This document shows, one piece after another, positions 9,891 to 18,753 of a DNA stretch of 64,000 nt; positions within the stretch are counted from its first letter, which is position 1, and each line of letters begins with the position of its first letter. The translations under genes and the position numbers were made by a program. The stretch spans positions 10,432-74,431 of the forward strand of contig DASXYP010000047.1 of assembly GCA_036502405.1 (NCBI GenBank). The letters run 5' to 3'. This DNA is from Acidimicrobiia bacterium (GTDB taxonomy: Bacteria > Actinomycetota > Acidimicrobiia > IMCC26256 > JAENVU01). The notes under the pieces were generated by a model. It saw only the letters and a list, made by a program, of their open reading frames with translations. It did not search any database and was not told the origin of the DNA.

Positions 9891-10081
9891 CTCTTCAAGA
9901 TCTCTCGAGCGCACCTCCAGACCCGACGTCGCAAAAGGCGCTCGAGCGGCCCTCCCGAAGATCTCTGGAGCGCACCTCCGCACCCGCGTCTCCCACGGCG
10001 CTCCAGCGGCCCTCCCGAAGATCTCTGGAGCGCACCTCCAGACCCGAAGTCGCAAAAGGCGCTCCAGCGGCCCCACTCTTC
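9891..10081. repeat. Three tandem ~60-bp hairpin units plus a partial fourth (REP/BIME-like cluster)
   Basis: Units 9900-9960, 9961-10020, 10021-~10074, each with a 9-bp inverted repeat CTSGAGCGC...GCGCTSSAG around 24-25 nt. Confidence 0.9.
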
Positions 10082-10143
10082 TCCAGAGCGGCGAAGAAGG
10101 CGCGGGAGCACACAAGAGGACGTCAGTCGCGACTCGCAGCCCA

Positions 10144-10239
10144 GGCCTCGTGCGGGGTCGTGGCCACCGAGCGAGTTCTGCGAGCGCCCCTCAGCTCGCA
10201 GACTGTCCGAGCGAATGGCCATGCGCCCCGCACGAGGCC
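10144..10239. repeat. 96-nt nested hairpin, member 1 of a dispersed TGGCCA-bounded element family
   Basis: Outer 14-bp stem 10144-10157/10226-10239, TGGCCA/TGGCCA, inner 9-bp stem 10177-10185/10194-10202; loop sequences shared with 54430-54503. Confidence 0.85.
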
Positions 10240-10264
10240 GTGACCACTTGGGCAGGGACCGAGC

Positions 10265-12073
10265 TCACGCGTACAGAGACGAGATCTCCAGCGCATACTT
10301 CGCCGCAATCCCCCGGCGCTTCAACTTCATCGTCGGCGTCAGCTCCTCGGAGTCCGCGACCCACTCGTCGCAGAGGATCCTCACCTTCTTCACCCGCTCG
10401 GCCTGGTTGAACGACTCCATCGCGGCCGCGACCTCGCGGTCGACCTCGGCGACGACCTCGGGGTGGTCGGCGAGCTCGGCGATGCTGGTGGCGCGGATCC
10501 CGTGGCGGCTCGCCCACCCGGGCGCGACCTCGGGGTCGAGCACGACGAGCGCGGCGATGAACGGGCGGGCCTCGCCGATGACGCACGCCTGCCCGATGAG
10601 CTCCTGGGCCTTGAGCGCGGCCTCGAGGTTCGCGGGCGACACGTTCTTGCCGCCCGCGGTGATGATCAGCTCCTTCTTGCGGTCGACGATGCGCAGGTAG
10701 CCCTCGTCGTCGAACACCCCGATGTCACCCGAGTGCAGCCAGCCGTCGGCGTCGAGCGCGTCGGCGGTCTTCCCGGGGTCGTTCAGGTAGCCGCGGAAGA
10801 CGTTGCCACCGCGCGCGATCACCTCGCCGTCCTCGGCGAGGCGCACCTCGCTGCCGGGGATCGCGGGACCGACGGAGCCGGCCTTGATCCGGAACGGCTC
10901 CCAGGTCATCGGGCCCGACGACTCGCTCATCCCGTAGATCTCGGAGATCGGCACCCCGAGGGCCCGGAAGAAGTCGAAGACCTCGACCGAGATCGGCGCG
11001 GCGCCGCTGATCGCGGCGATGCACTCGTCGAGCCCGACGATCGACCGGACGAGTGCGAGGGTGTCGCGCTCGGCGGCCTCCCACTCGGCCCGGAGGTCGT
11101 CGGGCAGCTCCTCGTCGCGGGCACGGCAGTCCGACGCCTTGAGCCCGACGCCGAGCGCGGCCTCGAGCTGCTCCCGGCGCGCGGCGTCGGCCGCGGCGAT
11201 CGCCATGATCCCCGAGTGCATCTTCTCCCACACCCTCGGGACCGAGAAGAAGATCTCGGGCCGGACCTCGGGCAGGTACTGCGCGATCTGTCCGCCCTCC
11301 GGACACGTCGAGACCTCGTAGCCGAGCGCGACGCCCTGGTAGTGCGACGTCATCCGCTCCGCGATGTGTGCCATCGGGAGGTAGGACACGACGCGCCGCC
11401 CGGCCGTCGCGAGCTCGCCGAGGCAGAGCCGGAGGCTCTCGATCGTCCAGCAGATGTTCTCGTGGTCGAGCAGCACGCCCTTCGGGGGGCCGGTGGTCCC
11501 CGACGTGTAGATGACCGTCGCGATGTCGCTCGGCGCGGCGATCGCCGCGGCCTCGTCGAGGTCGAGCGGGACCGACTCGATCAGGTCACTCCACGCGAGG
11601 ACGCCGGCCGGACGGGCCGCCTTCGCCTCGATGGTGACGACGTGCGCCAGCTGCGGCAGCGCGTCGCGCACCTCGAGGAAGCGGCCGAGGTACCCGTCGT
11701 CCTCCAGGATCGCGACCGTCGCCTCGCAATGGCCCACGAGGTACTGGACCTGCTCGGGCGCCGAGGAGTTGTAGATCGAGATCGGCGTCGCCCCGAGCAG
11801 GAGCACCGCCATGTCGGCCACGTGGAACTCGGGCCGGTTCCGCATCATGAGGACGACCCGGTCGCCGCGGGACACGCCGAGCCCGCGCAGGCTGGCGGCG
11901 AGTCGGGTCGCCCGCTCCGCGTAGTCGGTCCAGGTCCAGTGCCGCCACGAGTCGCCGTCCTTCCAGCGCAGGGCGACCGCGTCGGGCCGGGCGCGGACGG
12001 TGGCGACGAAGCAGGCGGGCACGGTCCGGCCTCGGACCGCCTCCAACAGCTCTCGGTTCGTGATCCGACTCAC
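10265..12073 (-). CDS. Long-chain fatty acid-CoA ligase (AMP-binding family)
   Basis: IYTSGTTGPPKG, YGMSE, GWLHSGDIG, IVDRKKELII motifs; SD AAGGGGG before GTG 12073. Confidence 0.93.
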   Translation of the reverse strand: MSRITNRELLEAVRGRTVPACFVATVRARPDAVALRWKDGDSWRHWTWTDYAERATRLAASLRGLGVSRGDRVVLMMRNRPEFHVADMAVLLLGATPISIYNSSAPEQVQYLVGHCEATVAILEDDGYLGRFLEVRDALPQLAHVVTIEAKAARPAGVLAWSDLIESVPLDLDEAAAIAAPSDIATVIYTSGTTGPPKGVLLDHENICWTIESLRLCLGELATAGRRVVSYLPMAHIAERMTSHYQGVALGYEVSTCPEGGQIAQYLPEVRPEIFFSVPRVWEKMHSGIMAIAAADAARREQLEAALGVGLKASDCRARDEELPDDLRAEWEAAERDTLALVRSIVGLDECIAAISGAAPISVEVFDFFRALGVPISEIYGMSESSGPMTWEPFRIKAGSVGPAIPGSEVRLAEDGEVIARGGNVFRGYLNDPGKTADALDADGWLHSGDIGVFDDEGYLRIVDRKKELIITAGGKNVSPANLEAALKAQELIGQACVIGEARPFIAALVVLDPEVAPGWASRHGIRATSIAELADHPEVVAEVDREVAAAMESFNQAERVKKVRILCDEWVADSEELTPTMKLKRRGIAAKYALEISSLYA

Positions 12074-12268
12074 GAGGCCCCCTTGCCGGTCGATCGGCCA
12101 CAATTCGTAGCGCATCCGACGCGTGGGGGAAACGTCGCCGTCCCCATGCCGTCCCCGCACCGTCCACCGTCTGGCGCCGCCCCCCTTGGGGTCGGAAACC
12201 CGGCATACGCTGCCTGAAACGATCAAACCGGACAAGAAATTCTCGGGCTTCTCCCCAGATGGGGGGTC

Positions 12269-12289
12269 TCGTCCACACCCTTGTCCACA
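12269..12289 (+). promoter_or_regulatory. Pair of DnaA-box-like 9-mers
   Basis: TCGTCCACA (1 mismatch) at 12269-12277 and perfect actinobacterial TTGTCCACA at 12281-12289 in a less GC-rich intergenic stretch. Confidence 0.45.
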
Positions 12290-12380
12290 GCAGGCTCTGG
12301 AAAACCTCGAGGTGGTGGTGCACAATGCCCGCAGCGACGTCCCGAGGAGCCGTTGGGGCCCCCGCCGCAAGGTGAGGTCT

Positions 12381-13562
12381 CTACTCCGACACTCCTCGGG
12401 GCGTCTCGCGTCCGGGCCCGGTTCCGGGCCCGTCACTGCGGTCGGCCCACAGGTCCTCGGCCACGACCTGGGTGTCCGCGCCGAGCGGGCGTCCCGCATG
12501 GCGCACCTGGCCGGGCGTGCGGGACATCCGGGCGAGGAGCCCGGGCATGCGGACCCCGTCGACGTCCACGATCGCGCCCCGGGCGGCGATGTGGGGATCG
12601 GCCAGGAGGTCGGCCATGGAGTAGACGGGCGCGATCGCGGCCTCGGCGGCCTCGAACGCCGCGAGCACGTCTTCCGAGGTGCGGGCGCCGACCCAGTCGG
12701 CGACGATCCGGTCCAGCTCCGCGCGGTGCTCCACCCGACCTTCGAAGCTGACGAAGCGCGGGTCGTCGCCCACCCCGAGCAAGGCCATCACGCGGTGCGC
12801 GACCGACTCGGCGGACGTCGAGATCGCGATCCAACGTCCGTCCGCGCACTGGTACGTGCCGCGCGGGACCGTGTACGGGATCCCGCTGCCGAGCCGCGGC
12901 TGGAGGTAGCCGAGGTGCGCGTGCGCGCTCGGCAGCGCGCCCATCAGCTGCAGCATCGTCTCGAGCAGGTTCACGTCGACGACCTGGCCCTCGCCGGTGC
13001 GGTCGCGGTGGCGCAGCGCGACCATGACCGCGAACGCGCCGGCGAGCGCGGTCACCTCGTCGGTCAGCGCGATCGGCGGGAGCAGCGGCGCGCCGTCCGG
13101 CTCGCCGTTGATCGCGGCGAACCCGCTCATCGCCTCGGCCATCGTGGCGAACCCGGGCCGGCCCGAGTACGGGCCCTCCTGGCCGAACCCCGTGATCCGG
13201 AGGACGACGAGGCCCGGATTCCGCGCCAGCAGGTCCTCCGGCGCCAACCCCAGACGCTCGAGCGTGCCGGGCCGGAAGTTCTCGACCAGCACGTCCGCGG
13301 TGGCGAGCAGGCGCCGCATCGTGTCGAGCCCCGCGTCGGTCTTGAGGTCGAGCACCGCGGCCCGCTTCCCCCGCCCGAGCAGCTTCCACATGAACGACTC
13401 GCCGTCGCGGGGGTCGATCCAGCCCATGCGGCGCGTGCCGTCGCCCTCGGGGCTCTCGACCTTGACCACGTCGGCGCCGAAGTCCGCCAGGTAGCGGGCC
13501 ACCCCGGGCCCCGCCAACACGGTCGCCATGTCCACGACCCGGAGCCCCGCAAGTGCCTGCAC
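12381..13562 (-). CDS. CaiB/BaiF (family III) CoA-transferase
   Basis: LAGLRVVDMATVLAGP, GADVVKVESP, ENFRPG, ITGFGQEGPY motifs; leaderless GTG 7 nt after TATCCT. Confidence 0.94.
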   Translation of the reverse strand: MQALAGLRVVDMATVLAGPGVARYLADFGADVVKVESPEGDGTRRMGWIDPRDGESFMWKLLGRGKRAAVLDLKTDAGLDTMRRLLATADVLVENFRPGTLERLGLAPEDLLARNPGLVVLRITGFGQEGPYSGRPGFATMAEAMSGFAAINGEPDGAPLLPPIALTDEVTALAGAFAVMVALRHRDRTGEGQVVDVNLLETMLQLMGALPSAHAHLGYLQPRLGSGIPYTVPRGTYQCADGRWIAISTSAESVAHRVMALLGVGDDPRFVSFEGRVEHRAELDRIVADWVGARTSEDVLAAFEAAEAAIAPVYSMADLLADPHIAARGAIVDVDGVRMPGLLARMSRTPGQVRHAGRPLGADTQVVAEDLWADRSDGPGTGPGRETPRGVSE

Positions 13563-13588
13563 TCCCGACAGGATAGAAAGCCCATCGC

Positions 13589-15604
13589 ATGACCCCGCCG
13601 CCGGACCCCTCACCGTCGTTCCCGCACCTCTTCAGCCCGATGCGGATCGGGCCGGTCGAGGCGCGCAACCGGATCGTGGTGGGCGCGCACTTCACGCAGT
13701 TCACCGAGCCGACGACCCCGGGCGAGCCGGGGCACTACGGCGCCCGGTACGCGCGGTACCTCGGCGAGTTCGCGCGCGGTGGTGCCGGCACCGTGATCGG
13801 CGGCCAGGCCGCGGTGCACCCGACGACTGCGTACCAGATGCCGAACAACGCGAGCGCGTGGGATGCCGCCGCGGTGCCGGGTCTCACCGAGGTGGCCGAC
13901 GCGGTCCACGCGCACGGCTCGCTCGTGTTCCTCCAGCTCGCGCACAACGGCGGGGTCAACGGGGGCGCCTGGTCGAAGCTCCCCGCGTGGTCGCCCTCGC
14001 TCGTCGCGAACTACATGGAGCCGCCGAAGCCGATCGAGCACCACGAGATCGCGGCGGTGGTCGACGGCTTCGCCCGTTCAGCCGCGAACTGCGCGGCCGC
14101 CGGGCTCGACGGCGTGGAGATCCACGCCGCCCACGGCTACCTGATCCACGAGTTCCTGTCTCCACACAGCAACCACCGCACCGACGAGTACGGCGGCGAC
14201 CTCGACGGCCGGATGCGCTTCTGCATCGAGGTGCTCCGCGCGGTGCGCGCCGAGGTCGGCGACGCGATCGCGGTCGGCGTGCGGCTCGTCGGCGACGAGG
14301 AGACCCGCGACGGCTCGGGCCTGGGGCCTGAGGACGCAGCCGAGATCGCGGCGCGCCTCGAGGGCGCGGGTCTCGTCGACTTCGTGAACGTGAGCGTCGG
14401 CACCTCGGGGATGGGCATGGTCCGCCCGCTCTACTCACCGCACCTGCTGGGTGTCGCGGCGACCCGCACGGTGCGGGCCGCGCTCCAGGGCACCCCGGTC
14501 TTCGCGGTCCACCGGGTGCTCACGCCCGAGGAGGCCGAAGGGGTGATCGCCGAGGGCGCAGCCGACGCGGTCACGGTCGTGCGGGCGCTCATCGCCGACC
14601 CGTCGTGGCCGGACAAGGCCCGCACCGGTCGCGTCGACGAGATCCGGCACTGCACCGGGTGCAACCAGGGGTGCTACGGGAACCTCACCGCCGGGCTGCC
14701 GATCACCTGCGTCACGAACCCGGTCACCGGGCGCGAGTCGAGCCTCGGCGGGCCGCTCCCGCCGGCCGGGCGACGCAAGCGGGTCGTGGTCGTGGGCGGC
14801 GGACCCGGCGGGCTCGAGGCCGCGTGGGTCGCCGCGGCGCGCGGCCATGACGTGACGCTGCTCGAGCGCAACCACCGGCTCGGCGGCAAGATCCGCCTGG
14901 CGGCCGCGCTGCCGGGTCGGGAGGAGCTCGCGGACTTCGCCGACTGGCGCATGGCCGAGTGTGGTCGCCACGGCGTCGACATCCGGCTCGGAGTGGACGC
15001 GACGGGAGCCGCGGTGCTCGCGCTCGAGCCGGACGCGGTCGTCGTCGCGACCGGAGGACGCGCCACGACCGGCACCCCGAGCAAGTGGCACCCGTTGCCC
15101 GTCGCCGGCACGGACCAGCCCTGGGTCATCGACCACGAGCGCGCGCTGGCCGAAGTCCTCGCCGACCCGGGCGCGCTCGGCGAGCGGGTCGTGATGCTCG
15201 ACGCGGTCGGCGACATCGCGGCGATCGGGATCGGCCACGCGCTGGCTCTCGCCGGCAAGCAGATCACGACGGTCACGCCCCTGCCGAGCCCAATCCTGAT
15301 CGACAACGAGACGAACTCCCGCGCGCTGCCGCGGGCTGCGCGCGCCGGGATGGTGTGGCGACCGAACACCGCGATGGTCCAGATCGGTGACCACACCGTC
15401 ACGGTCGCCGACGCGCTCACCTACGAGCTGTCGACGCTCGACGCCGACACCGTGGTGATCCGGACCCATGGAGAGCCGTGCGCCGACCTGTATTTCGCGC
15501 TGCAGGGCGCGGTCGACGACGTCGTGCGGATCGGGGACGCGGTCGCGGTGCGCTGGGCCGACCGGGCGATCTTCGACGGCCACACCGCCGCCCGCGCCCT
15601 CTAG
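13589..15604 (+). CDS. FadH-like Old Yellow Enzyme/NADH:flavin oxidoreductase with Fe-S and FAD domains
   Basis: NRIV, QLAHNG, EIHAAHGYLIHEFLS, NHRTDEYGG, CTGCNQGC..C Fe-S motif, VVVVGGGPGGLEAA. Confidence 0.92.
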   Translation: MTPPPDPSPSFPHLFSPMRIGPVEARNRIVVGAHFTQFTEPTTPGEPGHYGARYARYLGEFARGGAGTVIGGQAAVHPTTAYQMPNNASAWDAAAVPGLTEVADAVHAHGSLVFLQLAHNGGVNGGAWSKLPAWSPSLVANYMEPPKPIEHHEIAAVVDGFARSAANCAAAGLDGVEIHAAHGYLIHEFLSPHSNHRTDEYGGDLDGRMRFCIEVLRAVRAEVGDAIAVGVRLVGDEETRDGSGLGPEDAAEIAARLEGAGLVDFVNVSVGTSGMGMVRPLYSPHLLGVAATRTVRAALQGTPVFAVHRVLTPEEAEGVIAEGAADAVTVVRALIADPSWPDKARTGRVDEIRHCTGCNQGCYGNLTAGLPITCVTNPVTGRESSLGGPLPPAGRRKRVVVVGGGPGGLEAAWVAAARGHDVTLLERNHRLGGKIRLAAALPGREELADFADWRMAECGRHGVDIRLGVDATGAAVLALEPDAVVVATGGRATTGTPSKWHPLPVAGTDQPWVIDHERALAEVLADPGALGERVVMLDAVGDIAAIGIGHALALAGKQITTVTPLPSPILIDNETNSRALPRAARAGMVWRPNTAMVQIGDHTVTVADALTYELSTLDADTVVIRTHGEPCADLYFALQGAVDDVVRIGDAVAVRWADRAIFDGHTAARAL

Positions 15605-15612
15605 AGCACGCC

Positions 15613-15654
15613 TTGGCGTCGCGTACCCCCCTCTACGGTGGGTAAGCGACGCCA
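15613..15654. terminator. Long hairpin between convergent genes (bidirectional terminator candidate)
   Basis: TTGGCGTCGC / GCGACGCCAA perfect 10-bp stem plus inner TACCC/GGGTA. Confidence 0.65.
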
Positions 15655-15673
15655 AAGCGCCGGGGTGGGCCGG

Positions 15674-16789
15674 CTACCAGGTCTCGGTGAAGCAGCGGTG
15701 GTCGAGCCGGCCGAGCGCGTAGGCGCGGTAGAGGCCGGCGAACATCGGGCGCGTGCGCTCGGTCCACTCGAGTGCGGCCGGCGCGCTGATGCGCCGGACG
15801 ACCTGCGTGAACCCGTGCTCGTACACCCGGTACTCGGCCCACACGCCGGGGTAGTCCTTGGTCGCGCTCACCTCGGTGAACGGGACGCGGCGAGCCCGCG
15901 CCGAGCGGCGGACGCGATTGCGGTGCGTGTGGCCGGCGAAGTAGCCGACGATGTTCTCGCGGGCGCAGACGACCGCGCCGAGCGCTTCGCTGTCGTCGGA
16001 GCTGATGCCGAAGTACTCCGTGCTGCGCTCCGCCGCGTCGAGGTCCCACGGGTGGTGGTGGCCGAAGACGAGCACCGGCCCGGTGACGGTCGCGGCCAGA
16101 TCGTCGAGCCAGTGCAGCTGCTCGGGAGTCAGCTGCCCGCGGTCGATGCCCGGCTGCACGGTGTCGAGCACCGCGAGCGTGACGCCACCGACGTCCAGCG
16201 CGTACGGCGCGCCCTCGAGGGCCATCGACGCGTCGAGCATCGCGTCGTGGTTCCCGCGCACATGGTGCATCCGTCCGCCGAGCCGGCCGTACGCGGCGAG
16301 GAACGCGGCGTACTCCTCGTCGGTGCCGAGGTTCGTGAGGTCGCCCTTCACCAGGACGACGTCCGGGTCCAGCGCCTCCATCTCGGCGATCGCCGCCCGG
16401 TTCATCGTCTCGGGGTACGGCGGCTCGCCCGGGAGCGCCCGGAGCACCGGCCCGAGCTCCTCCTCCATCACACTGTCGATCCGGCCGCACTCGGTCTCGC
16501 CGAAGTGGACGTCGTTGACGGTCGCGATCGTGGCCAGCGGCCGTCCGGCCGGCACCTCGAGCGTGGTCACGGAGCCCGGGAGGAACTCGTCCGCCACCGC
16601 GCCCTCGACCGCCACGTCGTAGGTGGTGCCGGGCAGCAGGCCCTCGAAGCGCGCGACGTGGTGCGGTCCCTCCGTCACGACCTCGGTGTCGCCCACCCGC
16701 GACGTCACCGGCGCGTCCGGTTCGGTCACGAACGTGACCACGACCTCGTCGGGCCCGACGGTCATGACCTCCGCGTCGCGGACGGTCAC
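15674..16789 (-). CDS. Calcineurin-like metallophosphoesterase with N-terminal FN3/PAP-like domain
   Basis: NDVHFG, KGDLT, RGNHD, GHHH, FAGHTH motifs; GTG start overlaps the epsilon-subunit stop (GTGA). Confidence 0.88.
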   Translation of the reverse strand: MTVRDAEVMTVGPDEVVVTFVTEPDAPVTSRVGDTEVVTEGPHHVARFEGLLPGTTYDVAVEGAVADEFLPGSVTTLEVPAGRPLATIATVNDVHFGETECGRIDSVMEEELGPVLRALPGEPPYPETMNRAAIAEMEALDPDVVLVKGDLTNLGTDEEYAAFLAAYGRLGGRMHHVRGNHDAMLDASMALEGAPYALDVGGVTLAVLDTVQPGIDRGQLTPEQLHWLDDLAATVTGPVLVFGHHHPWDLDAAERSTEYFGISSDDSEALGAVVCARENIVGYFAGHTHRNRVRRSARARRVPFTEVSATKDYPGVWAEYRVYEHGFTQVVRRISAPAALEWTERTRPMFAGLYRAYALGRLDHRCFTETW

Positions 16790-17034
16790 GCGCGGCTGCG
16801 GCGGCCGAGGCGGCCGGACAGCCGCCACTCGCCGCGGGTGTAGGAGCCGCGCCGACCGGTGAGCCGGGCCGCCTGCACCCAGCGCGAGCTCTCGTCGTCC
16901 GGGCCGCCGACCGCCGCGACGCTGGACCCCGACGCCGTCGAGGCCGCGATCGCCGCGGTGATCGCCGCGACCTCCTCCGGCGTGGCGTCCGGCGAGATCG
17001 ACCGCAGCCGGACCCGGCCCGGGCGTGCGGCCAC
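16786..17034 (-). CDS. Acyl-CoA carboxylase epsilon subunit
   Basis: DATPEEVAAITAAI and SRW motifs, immediately downstream of the beta subunit. Confidence 0.8.
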   Translation of the reverse strand: MAARPGRVRLRSISPDATPEEVAAITAAIAASTASGSSVAAVGGPDDESSRWVQAARLTGRRGSYTRGEWRLSGRLGRRSRA

Positions 17035-18653
17035 TAGAGCGGCACGTTCCCGTGCTTGCGCTGGGGCAGCTGCTCCTTCTTCGAGCGGAGCATCTCGAGC
17101 GACTCGACCAGCACGCGACGGGTGTCACGCGGATCGATCACGTCGTCCACGTAGCCGCGCTCGCCCGCGTTGTACGGGTTGGCGAACCGTTCGGAGTACT
17201 GCTCGACGAGCTCCGCCTTCTTGGCGACGGGGTCCTCGGCAGCGTCGATCTCACGCCGGAAGATGATGTTGGCGGCGCCGTTCGCGTCCATCACCGCGAT
17301 CTCGGCCGACGGCCAGGCGAACGCGAGGTCCGCGCCGATCGACTTGGAGTTCATGACGACGAACGCGCCGCCGTAGCCCTTGCGGGTGATGATCTGAACC
17401 CGCGGGACGGTCGCCTCGCAGTAGGCGTAGAGCAGCTTCGCCCCGTGCCGGATGATCCCGTCGTACTCCTGGTTGGTGCCGGGCAGGAACCCGGGGACGT
17501 CGACGAACGTGACCAGCGGGATGTTGAACGCGTCGCAGGTCCGCACGAAGCGCGCCGCCTTCTCGGACGCGTCGATGTCCAGGCAGCCCGCGAGCACCTG
17601 GGGCTGGTTGCCGACGACGCCCACGACGTGCCCGTCGACCCGGCCGAAGCCGCACACGATGTTCATCGCCCACAGCGCGTTGACCTCGAAGAACTCCCCG
17701 TCGTCGACGACCTCGGCGATGACCTTCTTCATGTCGTACGGCTTGTTCGGCGCGTCCGGGATGAGCTCCAGGATCCCGTCGCACCGACGGGCCGGATCGT
17801 CGTCCGGCTCGAAGTACGGGGCGTCCTCGAGGTTGTTGGACGGCAGGAACGAGAGCAGGTAGCGCACCTGCTCGAGGCACGTCTGCTCGTCGTCGAACAC
17901 GAAGTGCGAGACGCCCGACTTGGTCGCGTGGGTCATCGCGCCGCCGAGCTCCTGCTGGGTGACGTCCTCGCCGGTGGCCGCCTTCACGACGTCCGGTCCG
18001 GTGATGAACATGTACGACGTGTCCTTCACCATGAAGATGAAGTCGGTCATCGCGGGTGAGTAGACCGCACCGCCGGCGCACGGGCCGAGCACGACGCTGA
18101 TCTGCGGGATGACGCCCGACGCCCGGACGTTGCGGTAGAAGATCCCGCCGTACGACGCGAGCGAGACGACGCCCTCCTGGATGCGCGCGCCGGCGCCGTC
18201 GTTGAGGCCGATGAACGGCGCGCCGACGGACTCCGCGAGGTCCATCACCTTGTGGATCTTCTCGGCGAACACCTCGCCGAGCGCGCCGCCGAAGACGGTG
18301 AAGTCCTGGGCGAACACGAAGACCTTGCGACCGTCGATCGTGCCCCAGCCGGTGATCACGCCGTCGGTGAGCGGACGGCTGTTCTCGATGCCGAAGCCGT
18401 GGGCCCGGTGCCTCGCGAGCATGTCGAGCTCGACGAACGACTCCGGGTCGAGGAGCAGCTCGAGGCGCTCCCGCACCGTGAGCTTTCCCCGCTGGTGCTG
18501 GCGCTCGACCGCGGCCGGGCTCCCGGCGTGGAGGGCCTCTTCGCGCAGCTCGGCGAGGTGGGCGAGGCGCTCCTCGATCGGATGGGGAACCGGAGCGACG
18601 GGCGCGGCAGCGCCGGCGCCCTCGCCCTGGATGTGCTCCTCTTCGACGGCCAT
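17034..18653 (-). CDS. pccB: Acyl-CoA (propionyl-CoA) carboxylase carboxyltransferase beta subunit
   Basis: [50 protein letters not shown] motifs. Confidence 0.95.
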   Translation of the reverse strand: MAVEEEHIQGEGAGAAAPVAPVPHPIEERLAHLAELREEALHAGSPAAVERQHQRGKLTVRERLELLLDPESFVELDMLARHRAHGFGIENSRPLTDGVITGWGTIDGRKVFVFAQDFTVFGGALGEVFAEKIHKVMDLAESVGAPFIGLNDGAGARIQEGVVSLASYGGIFYRNVRASGVIPQISVVLGPCAGGAVYSPAMTDFIFMVKDTSYMFITGPDVVKAATGEDVTQQELGGAMTHATKSGVSHFVFDDEQTCLEQVRYLLSFLPSNNLEDAPYFEPDDDPARRCDGILELIPDAPNKPYDMKKVIAEVVDDGEFFEVNALWAMNIVCGFGRVDGHVVGVVGNQPQVLAGCLDIDASEKAARFVRTCDAFNIPLVTFVDVPGFLPGTNQEYDGIIRHGAKLLYAYCEATVPRVQIITRKGYGGAFVVMNSKSIGADLAFAWPSAEIAVMDANGAANIIFRREIDAAEDPVAKKAELVEQYSERFANPYNAGERGYVDDVIDPRDTRRVLVESLEMLRSKKEQLPQRKHGNVPL

Positions 18654-18660
18654 CCCGCCA

Positions 18661-18733
18661 GGCTACTGGTGCGTCCGGTGATGGACGGAGTGTGGCGCGG
18701 GGCCCGAGCGGCCCGGCGAGCAGTCGCCGGGCG
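18661..18733 (+). repeat. CGTC-tagged dispersed element, copy 1
   Basis: 18667-18692 matches 57183-57208 at 23/26 nt; right end is a CCGGCGA-GCAG-TCGCCGG hairpin; left end overlaps the pccB -10. Confidence 0.65.
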
Positions 18734-18753
18734 CGTGAGTCAGGACGCCGGGA

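Noticed and set aside
9891-10081. Possible mini CRISPR array
   Set aside because: The 'spacers' are only 17-18 nt, the first and third are nearly identical, and no cas genes or AT-rich leader are present; treated as a REP-like tandem hairpin.
9002-10222. 406-aa minus-strand ORF with repeated GGALQRSSGGPLER
   Set aside because: It is the translation of the non-coding 60-bp repeats plus the antisense of the GGDEF gene.
12200-12330. Possible oriC
   Set aside because: Only two DnaA-like boxes, no clear unwinding element, and no dnaA/dnaN/parAB context.
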